Below are positions 55,214 to 63,726 of a DNA stretch of 64,000 nt, piece after piece. The DNA is taken from contig CALIRQ010000009.1 in NCBI GenBank assembly GCA_938042195.1, forward strand, positions 72,262-136,261. The letters run 5' to 3'. A program made the position numbers and the translations under genes. This stretch comes from an uncultured archaeon. GTDB lineage: Archaea; Thermoproteota; Bathyarchaeia; 40CM-2-53-6; CALIRQ01. The stretch's first letter is position 1, and each line of letters begins with the position of its first letter. The notes beneath the pieces are model-generated. The model searched no databases, was not told where the DNA came from, and worked only from the letters and a program-made list of their open reading frames with translations.

Positions 55214-56356
55214 CTACGAATGCTGGTAATTTATGACTTTATCCCACCTCAGGCCCCTGAGCCCGATGAGGGTCGTCCTCCCCCTGATGCCCGCCCCCGA
55301 GGGCCTGAGCGAGAGCAGGCCAGCGATGGAGAGCCTCCTCGCATATTTCCATAGCTGGGTATGCCGCCTCGGCGCGAGCCCGCGGAGCCCGCAAAGGGCC
55401 AAATACTCTCCCTCAGCATCCCCCATCCTAACCTCTTGGGAGGGGCCCCTCCCCAAAGCCCTCGCCACCGCCTCCAAGAACAGCCTCTCGTGATCGGATA
55501 GATCGCCGATCAAGCATGGGTCCGGCGAGGTCCGAGCTTCATGCAAAGCCCTTTCCGCATGTCCCGCGCCAACCGAGCCAGCCCCTTCGCGCTCGGCCAG
55601 CGCAGCGGCGATCCTCAGGGCCCTGATCGCGAAGCCCGCGTCCCCGAACTCGGAGGAGGCGTCGGCGATCAGATCCAGCGCTTCCCCCTCGATGGCCCCC
55701 TCCCTCAGCGCCATATTAGCCCTTTCGGCCAAGATCGCCTCGAGCTCGGCCTTCGAATATCCCCGAAGCCTCAGGATACCCCTCCTCAGCGCGCTGAGGG
55801 CGCTCCTATCGATCCCCGCCAAGCGGTTCCAATCCCCCAAGGAGAGGATGAGCCCGAGGTCCCGGATGCCAAAAGCCTCCCCGGGCCTGGAGAGAATGTA
55901 GATCGGATCGGCCCCCTCGGCCCAAAGGATCGCTTCCGCATCGTCGAGCGCTAGGATCGGGAAGATGCCGCGGTTCGGGATCTTCCCAATAAGGCCTAGG
56001 AGCTCCTTGGAGGAGCGGCCCCTGAGGCCATCCCCAGCCCCGAAGTAGGTCAAGGCCACTTCGAGGATCTTGAACAGCCTCCCCCTGGCCCTCCAGCAGC
56101 TCACGTAAGCGCATTTTATGGCCCTCCCGCGCTTCAAGCCCTCCGCCTCCATAATCTGCCCGAACCGTTTCAAAAGGGCGGTCTTCCCGCTCCCCCGCGG
56201 CCCGACGAGGACCATCAGCGGGGAGCCGCCGCGCTCAAGGGCGGGCGATAGGAAATGTTGCGCCATATCCCGCAGCTCGCGATCCCTGCCGATGAGATTC
56301 CCCGGAACGTATTCCGGCGAGAGGGGGAACGGATCCCTCAGGATCCCTTCGCCCAT
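55214..56356 (-). CDS. orc1: Orc1/Cdc6 replication initiator
   Basis: The start is placed at MGEGILRDPF (ATG 56356). Walker A is GPRGSGKT and Walker B is LALDDAE, with a C-terminal winged helix. The 116 codons upstream in the tracked ORF are Gly/Arg-rich junk that overlaps the next gene. Confidence 0.85.
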   Translation of the reverse strand: MGEGILRDPFPLSPEYVPGNLIGRDRELRDMAQHFLSPALERGGSPLMVLVGPRGSGKTALLKRFGQIMEAEGLKRGRAIKCAYVSCWRARGRLFKILEVALTYFGAGDGLRGRSSKELLGLIGKIPNRGIFPILALDDAEAILWAEGADPIYILSRPGEAFGIRDLGLILSLGDWNRLAGIDRSALSALRRGILRLRGYSKAELEAILAERANMALREGAIEGEALDLIADASSEFGDAGFAIRALRIAAALAEREGAGSVGAGHAERALHEARTSPDPCLIGDLSDHERLFLEAVARALGRGPSQEVRMGDAEGEYLALCGLRGLAPRRHTQLWKYARRLSIAGLLSLRPSGAGIRGRTTLIGLRGLRWDKVINYQHS

Positions 56357-57393
56357 CGGCCCCCGCCCCGCGATGCCGCCTCGTATAGCTCTATAACCTC
56401 GTATATGGAGTCGCGCGGCGGAGATCGGATCTCGATCAAGTCCCCGCGCGCATCGGTCAACTTGACCCCGAAGGACCCGTCCCTCATCTCTCCTATCTTG
56501 GTCGCCATGATCCCCTTCCCCCTGAGCGATCCCAAAAGCCCCTCCTCGGCCTTCGGATCGACCGAGATCAGCAGGCTCCCGGAGCCGAGCAATTTCATCG
56601 GATCGATGCCCAAGGATGCGCAAATGGCCTTGGTCTCCTCCGCGATCGGCACCCTCGCGGCCTCTATAAGGGCTCCCAGCCCCGATGCGGCCGCCATCTC
56701 CCAAACCCCGCCCAATATCCCGCCCTCTGTCGGGTCGTGGAGCGCATGGACCCCCTCGACCCTCGCGGCCACTAGCGCCTCCTCGACGACGCTTATCCTC
56801 CGGAGGAACCCCTTGGAGCGCTCGATGAGGTCCCCAGGCACCTCGAGGATATCGGGATAGCTGATCGAGATCACGGCCGTGCCCTCTATCCCGGCCGTCT
56901 TGGTCATGATTATCCTATCCCCGGGCTTGGCGTTCCTCGTTACCAAATATTTATCCTTGGGGCATTCCCCGGCCATCATTCCAACCACGATCGGGGCCCT
57001 TATGCCCGGCGCCACCTCCGTATGGCCGCCTACGACGGCCACCCCGAGCTCCTTGGCGGCCCGATCCACTTGGCCCATTATCTCCCTCAATTCGCCCTCG
57101 CCGGACCCCTCCGGCAGGAGGACGGCGCATAGGAACCATTTCGGGATCGCGCCCCTTGTCGCGACATCGTTTGCGTTTATGTGGACCGATAACCATCCGA
57201 GGTCCCTGCTGGCGGCAGTTATCGGATCCATGGCCAAGACCAGCAGCGCATCCCCCATATCTATGACGGCCGCGTCCTCGCCTATACCCGGGCCTAATAG
57301 GACCCTTGGATCCGGCCTCCCGGTGAAGCCGAAGACCAGCTCCAGCAGCCTCTCGGGGGGCACCTTCCCGGTTTTGAATCCGCCCAACCCCAA
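56338..57393 (-). CDS. AIR synthase-related (PurM-like superfamily) protein
   Basis: 351 aa with GEDAAVI and a VGGHTE PurM-fold signature. It lacks the C-terminal PRIC of HypE. Confidence 0.7.
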   Translation of the reverse strand: MGLGGFKTGKVPPERLLELVFGFTGRPDPRVLLGPGIGEDAAVIDMGDALLVLAMDPITAASRDLGWLSVHINANDVATRGAIPKWFLCAVLLPEGSGEGELREIMGQVDRAAKELGVAVVGGHTEVAPGIRAPIVVGMMAGECPKDKYLVTRNAKPGDRIIMTKTAGIEGTAVISISYPDILEVPGDLIERSKGFLRRISVVEEALVAARVEGVHALHDPTEGGILGGVWEMAAASGLGALIEAARVPIAEETKAICASLGIDPMKLLGSGSLLISVDPKAEEGLLGSLRGKGIMATKIGEMRDGSFGVKLTDARGDLIEIRSPPRDSIYEVIELYEAASRGGGRWAKGS

Positions 57394-57720
57394 GCCACTT
57401 TTCCGATGGATCCGGAGTCCAGCTTAAAAAGGCTGGCCCGTCTGATTCGCTAGCGCGATGACCATATGGAGCGCCCATGACCGTTTAGCGAATGCTGCCG
57501 GCAGGGGAGCGCTTCGGCAAGAACCCCTCCTGGCCCCGGACGGTTACAACTATCGGCTCCACCAGGCCGAGGCGGAGCCCGGAAGGCATTGGTTCATCCA
57601 GAGGGTGAGGGGGGAAGTGAAGGCGGGGCTGATGAAAAAGATGATAATTTTATGTTATTTAACACAAAAATCAGGAGGGTACGTTTTGCTGGGTTATTGC
57701 ATGGGCGAGGTCGGCCATCC
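57394..57720. ncRNA. Candidate structured ncRNA (SRP-RNA-like motif); unverified
   Basis: GC-rich 330-nt intergenic segment with many helices: GUCCAGC-UUAAAAAG-GCUGGC, a GCUUCGGC UUCG tetraloop hairpin and CUGCCGGCAGG. It also has CCAGGCC...CCCGGAAGG, reminiscent of the SRP RNA helix-8 GGAA region. No ORF of coding quality is present. Confidence 0.25.
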
Positions 57721-57953
57721 CATGCCTCGCCATGCTTCGCCTCTTGGCAATCCCCGTTAAGGCCCATCTCGGGACGCCGATCACCTGCTACCGATCTTTT
57801 CAAATGCATCCAGAATGGATATAAGAGACCATTGCTCAAAAGTGAGTCCCTCAGACCGGCGCTGAGGAAAGCCCAACCTCCCAATCCTTAAGTTGACGAC
57901 CTTCATAACTATGGGAAAAGCTTAAGTCCAGCATCAACTCGAGGAGAAATCCG

Positions 57954-58572
57954 ATGAATAATATTAATGAGCTGCTCCAAAATATCTGTCTTGATTCACT
58001 AAATGCTGGGTGGTCAAGTGAAAGAGAAAAGCTAAATCCTATTGCCGAATTTATGGAAGAAGGTTGTGGAAGCATTAAAATCGACCTCCCAATTAAATTT
58101 TATAAAAGCAAGAAACATGACGTGCCTACCAATATTATCTTAAACATAATAGCATTGCATCATAGGGATTACTTTAGAGCAATTGCGGTATTGTGTTCAT
58201 GTGCAAGGCTGTAAGCTGGGGCTTGAGGCATTTCTTAAGAAAATTAAGGAACTTGATAGTGGATTAATAAGGATAGTTAAAGGAAATTTACGCAGACTTA
58301 TCCGCCATATTGAAAGAAGGGACCTTAAGCGCCGAGATAGGATTTCCATCTGGAAATCATGGCGGAGTGGCGTAATGCTTTCAGCAGAAAAATCGGCCAT
58401 TAGACGTAAGTGCACTCCAGTCATTAAAAAAGTAAAGGTCGAACTGGTTAAAGACGAAATAGGCAAAATGCAAATAAGAGATCTTGAGGCTACACGTCCA
58501 TTAGGTTTATTTGGTTTAATGCTTCAAGAAAGTCCAATAAGTTCGGCGAATGTCACAAAAGAAAGCCTTTAG
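57954..58572 (+). pseudogene. Frameshifted or two-piece ORF in a low-GC island; HEPN-like Rx4H motif (possible Abi/toxin-like gene)
   Basis: Two ORFs (57954-58214 and 58183-58572) overlap by 32 nt in adjacent frames. Both are Lys/Ile/Asn-rich and match the local approximately 38% GC. The second piece contains RRLIRHIERRD. Confidence 0.35.
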
Positions 58573-58631
58573 AAGCTGTCTTAAGTTGTTTCCACAAACG
58601 CTTATATTTTCCCACTTTTGTACGAGGCCTC

Positions 58632-58717
58632 GTGGGCTTTATCGCTAGCCTCTCGACGAAATCGGCCAAGGAGACCGTGGAAGGAACTATGCTGTGGGCT
58701 TTATCGCTAGCCTCTCG
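58632..58717. repeat. CRISPR-like mini-array: two identical 24-bp direct repeats around a 38-bp spacer
   Basis: GTGGGCTTTATCGCTAGCCTCTCG occurs at 58632-58655 and 58694-58717 with a 62-bp period. An AT-rich leader-like 60 bp lies upstream, and a perfect palindrome ATCGGGCCGGCCCGAT (58722-58737) lies downstream. Confidence 0.4.
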
Positions 58718-60215
58718 GGGCATCGGGCCGGCCCGATTCCAACAGCGCGGCGTTGAGCCGCCCGATGAAGCCGGTGAAGCGTTCCTCAGGAACCCTGGCG
58801 CCGGCCGATGCCCTCGCATAGACAGCCGCCTTCCCTAGGGGAACGGCATATCGATGACGTATGCCACAAGCCCTCGATCCTGATGCACTCCCCGATCGAT
58901 CGGATTCAGCTCCTCTTCCCTCCTGGCGCTCTCCAGGGCCGATTCGATGAGCCCCGCGTAGGCGCTGGGCGACTCTGGCGGCGAGGTGGGAAACTACGCC
59001 CCACTTGAAATCGTAATCCCGCTTCCTACCCTCGATCCCTTGGACCAATACGCTCGTTTCGAAGTATGCGGACCTCTTATCCCAATCGCAAAGCGATCGG
59101 CCACGGCGCCGAGGATCGCCACTGGCCCCCTCCCCTGGAAGAATCGATACGCCAGCTCCGAGGCCGATGAGCGGATATCGTGGACGACCCTAGCGTGGAT
59201 CTCGTCATCTGATAACCCCTGGGAAGGGGATAGGGATCGATATAGACCGCATCGCCCTTCTCGCCAAGCCTCGAATCTCATCCAAGGCAGCCGATAGCTC
59301 GCTCGGGCGCGGATATATCGCATATTATGACCGAATCGCCCCTCATCCGCGCTTCTCAAATCCCCAGGAAGGCCCACCGGATGCGTGAAGAGGACCGAGG
59401 CGCCGGGGTTGGCGGCCAGCGCGAGCGCCTCGGCGCATAGCCCATCAGTCGCCGTGCGTGAACATCCTCGCGGCCATATCGAAAACCCGTTTTGGATCCC
59501 GAGGATCCGATGCGCCGAGAGATAGATAAGGATTCCACGAGCATGGAGGTGGGGCGCACGGCGCAAAGGTTCGCGGGGGCCGATGCCCGGGCCGGGTTCA
59601 GGGCGATTCTATATCCTTGAACTTCGTCGTCCCACGCAGGCTGAACCTTATTGTGAACCTGCGGGGGGATTCGCTGTCCGGGGAGCGGTAGCTCCCCTCC
59701 GCCTCCCATAGATCGCCAACTCGGCGGATCCTCCTGAACTCCACGCCGTAGCCCTTCGGGCAAACCCTTTGGATCAACCTGATGGACCTCTCCCTGACCT
59801 CCCGCTCGGTTATCCCCGGCCTTTCGAAGCGCAGGATCCCTCCACCCCGATCGGCCGTTCCGCGGCCTTGCCTTGTAAACCTTTCCAAAATGGATGCCCC
59901 ATCGGCGCGATCGCGCAATGCCCTTTCTCGCCATTCGCTCGCGCCTGAGGAGGATGTAGGAGATGGCCAGCCAGATCGAGGATCCAATAGCTGAAGCCTC
60001 TGGCCAAATAGCTTGAGGGGGGTCCGCCTGGCCCCCGCATCGGCCCCTTCGGATGGCGCGGCCGAGGCCTATGATCGATTGAAAGCCGTTCATAGACCTT
60101 AAGCATAAAATAGTGCGGTTGATATCGAAAGACCATCACCGAGTGCTCATCGACCCTGGGGCTCCCATGGGCGGCCATTGCCATCAGAGCCGCGCTCGCG
60201 AGCACGGTGGCGTAA

Positions 60216-60307
60216 TGCGGCCGCCGGGATTCGAACCCGGGTCACTGGCGCTCCGCCCGATCAAAGTTGGCAGGCCAGCGTCTTGGACCAGGCTGGACTA
60301 CGGCCGC
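60216..60307 (-). tRNA. tRNA-Gly(GCC) with a 17-18 nt intron adjacent to the anticodon loop
   Basis: Reverse complement: GCGGCCG-UA-GUCC...AGAC-G-CUGGC-CUGCCA[intron ACUUUGAUCGGGCGGAGC]-GCCAG-UGAC-CCGGG-UUCGAAU-CCCGG-CGGCCGC-A. CCA is not encoded. Confidence 0.85.
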
Positions 60308-60578
60308 ATCGAGGGGATTTCACTGCGCTCTTGGCTTTAAAATTTTGTTGGTGCCGAGGGTGTGACTTCCACCGGCTCATCGCCGGCTTTGAACACACGA
60401 CGCCCCGGTATCGGATCCGGGCGGATCTTCAGCCGGGTGCTCTCCATCGCCCCTGTGGGGGTCAGGCTGAGCTCTCGAGGGCCCTCGTCGCCGGCCTACC
60501 TCGGCTTCCCTCGGCGACCGCTTAGGTCGAATCGAGGGGGAAATAAAAAATCTTCCGCCATGGTCGCCCATGCCCGGC

Positions 60579-60956
60579 CTATGGGGGCTCAGCCTTGTTC
60601 ATCTCGATCATTATCGTATCGTTTATGCTGGGCTTGCCCAGCCTTTCGTATTCCTCCTCCGTTATCACCATATCCACCTTCGCATCCCATTGCCCCCCGA
60701 GCGAGATGGGGCCGCCGATGACGAGCCCGCCCGGGAAGGCCGCCTCGAAGGCCTGTTGGATCCTGGCGGCTATCTCCTCAGCCACCCTTTGCTCCTCCGT
60801 CCTCCCGATCGGCTCTATCCTGGCCTTCAGGCCCCTTCTGATGAGCACCATCCTGACCATGCCGCCCCCCAAGCCCATGACTTGGTGGACCCTCAGCTCC
60901 ATCAGCAACGCGGCGAACACCCGGAATGGCTTGGGAGGGGCCCTATTAAAATCCAC
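60579..60956 (-). CDS. Hypothetical small protein in a Mo-cofactor gene neighbourhood
   Basis: 125 aa with coding-like composition and no recognisable motif. Confidence 0.4.
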   Translation of the reverse strand: MDFNRAPPKPFRVFAALLMELRVHQVMGLGGGMVRMVLIRRGLKARIEPIGRTEEQRVAEEIAARIQQAFEAAFPGGLVIGGPISLGGQWDAKVDMVITEEEYERLGKPSINDTIMIEMNKAEPP

Positions 60957-61826
60957 CTAACCGCTGGCCGCCCTCCCTCGGCCAATCACCTCTATCCTGA
61001 TCGATTCATCCCCCCTTATCGAAACGCCCTTCAGCTTCGACACCATCCCGAGCACCGAGGCCCTTATGATTTCGGAGGCGAACCTCTGGATCGGGACCTC
61101 GGCGCCGCCGACGATTATCTCGGCCCTCAGGGAAGGCTTGGACCTGATCACCTCGCAATCCCCCGCCCCCGCCATGCCCTCCGAGATGGCCCTCGCCATT
61201 CGATCGCAGGAGCCCCATTCGCACCTTCCGCAATCCAAGCCCGGCAGCATGGCCCTCGCGGCCAACCTAGCCCTCTCCCCCGAGATGAAAGCGATCGCCC
61301 CCTCTACCAAGCCATTGAGAGCATCGGCCGAGCCGGGCCCCGGGGAATACACGCCTATCACCTTACCCTTGGCCCTGGCCGAATAATATTCGGCGTCCTC
61401 CGCTCTCGCGGCGCAGATTATCTTCCCAACGCCCTCGTCCTCCAGGACCTTCGCGGAGAACCCCTCCAACACCATCGAATCGGCCCCAATGGCCGATGCT
61501 AGCGCCTCCAGCGAGGCGATGTCCAACTCCCTGTTCAAGATGATCGCCGTTTGGCCCTCCGAGGCGGCCATCGAGATCTCGGCCCCGGCTTCGGAATGCC
61601 TCCAAGTATCCGTCCCGGCCCTATCGATCGAGAAGCCCTTCTCCGCGATGTGCTTAACGGCCGCCGGCCTATGGCCGCGCCTCCTGAGTTCGCGCAAAAG
61701 GGCCTCGACGAGCGACGTCTTCCCGCTCTTCTTCCGCCCGATCACGGCCACCTTTGGCAACCGGGCGGGTCCTCCGAGGCCCATCGGCGATCCCTTGCCA
61801 TTGGGCGCATCGGCTTTGGGCATCAG
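60957..61826 (-). CDS. mobB: MobB (molybdopterin-guanine dinucleotide biosynthesis protein B) fused to a C-terminal Cys-rich domain
   Basis: P-loop AVIGRKKSGKTSLVEAL...AVKH, and a C-terminal CGRCEWGSCDRMA...DC. The start is placed at the internal MPKADAPNG to avoid overlapping hisC. Confidence 0.7.
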   Translation of the reverse strand: MMPKADAPNGKGSPMGLGGPARLPKVAVIGRKKSGKTSLVEALLRELRRRGHRPAAVKHIAEKGFSIDRAGTDTWRHSEAGAEISMAASEGQTAIILNRELDIASLEALASAIGADSMVLEGFSAKVLEDEGVGKIICAARAEDAEYYSARAKGKVIGVYSPGPGSADALNGLVEGAIAFISGERARLAARAMLPGLDCGRCEWGSCDRMARAISEGMAGAGDCEVIRSKPSLRAEIIVGGAEVPIQRFASEIIRASVLGMVSKLKGVSIRGDESIRIEVIGRGRAASG

Positions 61827-62938
61827 GATCCACCGCCGGCTCCGATCCTGCGCATCGCCGCGCCGAGCTCCCTCAGGAAGGCCTCGTTCTCCTCCCCCCT
61901 GCCTATCGTCACCCTGGCGTGCTTGGGGAGGCCCCAAGGCCCCATATAGCGCACCACGATGCCCGCCCTTAGAAGCTCATCGCAGATCGCCTTGGCCTTG
62001 GGCCCCAAATGGACCAAGAGGAAGTTGGCCGCGCTGGGGACATACTCGACGCCCAGCTCCTCGAGGCCTCGATACAATTGGGATTTGCCAGCCTCCGTCA
62101 TCTCCCTGACCCAAGCCAGATATTCCTCGTCGTCCAACGCCGCCAAGGCGGCCGCTTGGGCCAGCGAGTTGACGTTGAAGGGCTCCCTCACCTTGTTCAT
62201 CAGCCCTATGACCTCCGGAGACGAAACGGCGTAGCCGATCCTCAGGCCGGCTAGGCCGTGGATCTTAGAGAAGGTCCTCGCCGTTATGACGTTCCCCCTC
62301 GATTGGTATTTGAGCGAATCTGGGTAATCCCCGCCCTCCCTGTAGGCGTATTCGAAATAGGCCTCGTCGAAGAAGACGAGGCAATCGCTCGGGACGGAAT
62401 CGAGGAACTCCTCCACCTCCTCATTCGAAACATATGTCCCGGTGGGGTTGTTGGGATTGGAGATGAATATCAAGCGCGTCCTCGGCCCTATCCGGGAGGC
62501 CATCGCCCTCAGATCGTACCTATAGTTCCTCAGCGGGACTTCCTTCACCCCTAGCCCCTCCGCCTTCGCCGCTATCCTGTATATCAAGAAGGTCGGCGCG
62601 GCCGTTAGGATCTCGTCGCCCTTATCGGCGAAGGCCCTTATGGCCATCACTATCAATTCGTCCGATCCGTTTCCAAAGATCAGCCTCTCCTCATCGAAGC
62701 CGAGCTTCTCAGAGAGGCGCTTCCTTAGATAGTAGCAACCGCCCTCTGGATACCTGTTGACGTTGGGCAGGGCCTCCCTGAGGGCCTCCAGGGCCCTCGG
62801 AGATGGCCCGAAGGGGTTCTCATTCGAGGCCAGCTTCACGACCTCCTTTAGGCCGAGCTCCCTCTTGACCTCCTCTATTGGCTTCCCGGGCTTGTAAACC
62901 TCCAGATCCCTCAGCTCCGGCTTTACCCTGAGCCCCAA
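61823..62938 (-). CDS. hisC: Histidinol-phosphate/aromatic aminotransferase (class II, HisC family)
   Basis: LASNENPFGPSP, a PLP-lysine region and YPEGG. A TTG start is proposed at 62938. The track's upstream extension to 63100 is not convincing. Confidence 0.8.
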   Translation of the reverse strand: MGLRVKPELRDLEVYKPGKPIEEVKRELGLKEVVKLASNENPFGPSPRALEALREALPNVNRYPEGGCYYLRKRLSEKLGFDEERLIFGNGSDELIVMAIRAFADKGDEILTAAPTFLIYRIAAKAEGLGVKEVPLRNYRYDLRAMASRIGPRTRLIFISNPNNPTGTYVSNEEVEEFLDSVPSDCLVFFDEAYFEYAYREGGDYPDSLKYQSRGNVITARTFSKIHGLAGLRIGYAVSSPEVIGLMNKVREPFNVNSLAQAAALAALDDEEYLAWVREMTEAGKSQLYRGLEELGVEYVPSAANFLLVHLGPKAKAICDELLRAGIVVRYMGPWGLPKHARVTIGRGEENEAFLRELGAAMRRIGAGGGS

Positions 62939-63503
62939 GCTCCAGCACGCTCCGGCGCACCCCACCGGGCCGGCAGGGCTTAAAAAACCATCCCCTAGGA
63001 GGGCGAAAGGGGGACCGAACTTCCCCGAGCTCGTCCTCGAAAAGCTCCTCACCCTGTTGAGCTCCTGAAGCCCCTTTTCCTTGGCCACTTGACCGAGCAT
63101 CGATGCCTGATGCTCCCATGTCCTTCAGGGCCCCGATCTTTGCCTCCTTGACGATGCCTATCTCCTCCAAGGGCTTCGATATCGCCCTTTTTGCCAGCCC
63201 TGCATCATTAGGCAAGGATGGCTTATCCTCCCCAATCGAACTCTGCTATGCTATGTGCGTATCGAATTAAGCCATGAGCATATAGCGCCTCAATCGAAGC
63301 CGGCCCTTGATCGCCTTGGGATCCGTCCCATCGAGCTCGCAATAAGGGGCCCAAGGCCCCAGGGCAGACCGCGGTCATCGGATAGGATTTAGCGGCTAGT
63401 TATCGAACTGCCTCCTCGCCTTCCCATCCCAGAGAAGGCGGGGCTTATTTGGGCCTCAACCCACTGAATAATGGGCTCGTAAAGGGGATTCGCTTAAATA
63501 ATT

Positions 63504-63581
63504 TGGTGGACCGGCGGGGATTTGAACCCCGGACCTTCCGCATGCCAAGCGGACGATCATACCAGGCTGATCTACCGGCCC
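63504..63581 (-). tRNA. tRNA-Ala(GGC), intronless, CCA encoded
   Basis: Reverse complement: GGGCCGG-UA-GAUC-AGCCUGGUAU-GAUC-G-UCCGC-UUGGCAU-GCGGA-AGGUC-CGGGG-UUCAAAU-CCCCG-CCGGUCC-A-CCA, with the G3:U70 Ala identity pair. Confidence 0.9.
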
Positions 63582-63726
63582 CGGCATAGTCGAATCCGGA
63601 TCGCCTTTATAAATATCTCACCTGCCGAGCCGGAGTCCATGGGGAATCGTTCCCAGCCGCGGCCTCAAGCTTTATCATTGGAAGGATGCGATTATCCCAT
63701 GGGGGAAAAGAGGGGCTGCGTAGATC

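Noticed and set aside
55214-56356. Replication origin immediately adjacent to orc1
   Set aside because: There is no intergenic space on either side, with a gene overlap upstream and a 17-nt gap downstream. No AT-rich DUE or ORB-like repeats flank it.
56357-56704. Upstream 116 codons of the tracked orc1 ORF
   Set aside because: They are Gly/Arg/Asp-rich junk that overlaps the PurM-like gene. Orc1 homology starts at MGEGILRDPF.
56338-57393. Possibility that the PurM-like protein is HypE (partner of HypF)
   Set aside because: The C-terminus lacks the invariant HypE PRIC motif, so it is called only as an AIR-synthase-related protein.
58632-58838. 68-aa ORF starting at the first repeat
   Set aside because: It is merely the translation of the two direct repeats and spacer (MGFIASLS...WALSLAS), not a gene.
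60113-60340. 75-aa plus-strand ORF
   Set aside because: It coincides with the minus-strand tRNA-Gly gene.
60570-61502. 310-aa plus-strand ORF
   Set aside because: It is antisense to the MobB-fusion and small-protein genes, and it is Pro/Arg/His/Gly-rich.
62939-63100. N-terminal extension of hisC in the track
   Set aside because: The extension lacks aminotransferase similarity. The conserved N-terminus (KPELRDLEVYKPGKP) follows an in-frame TTG at 62938.
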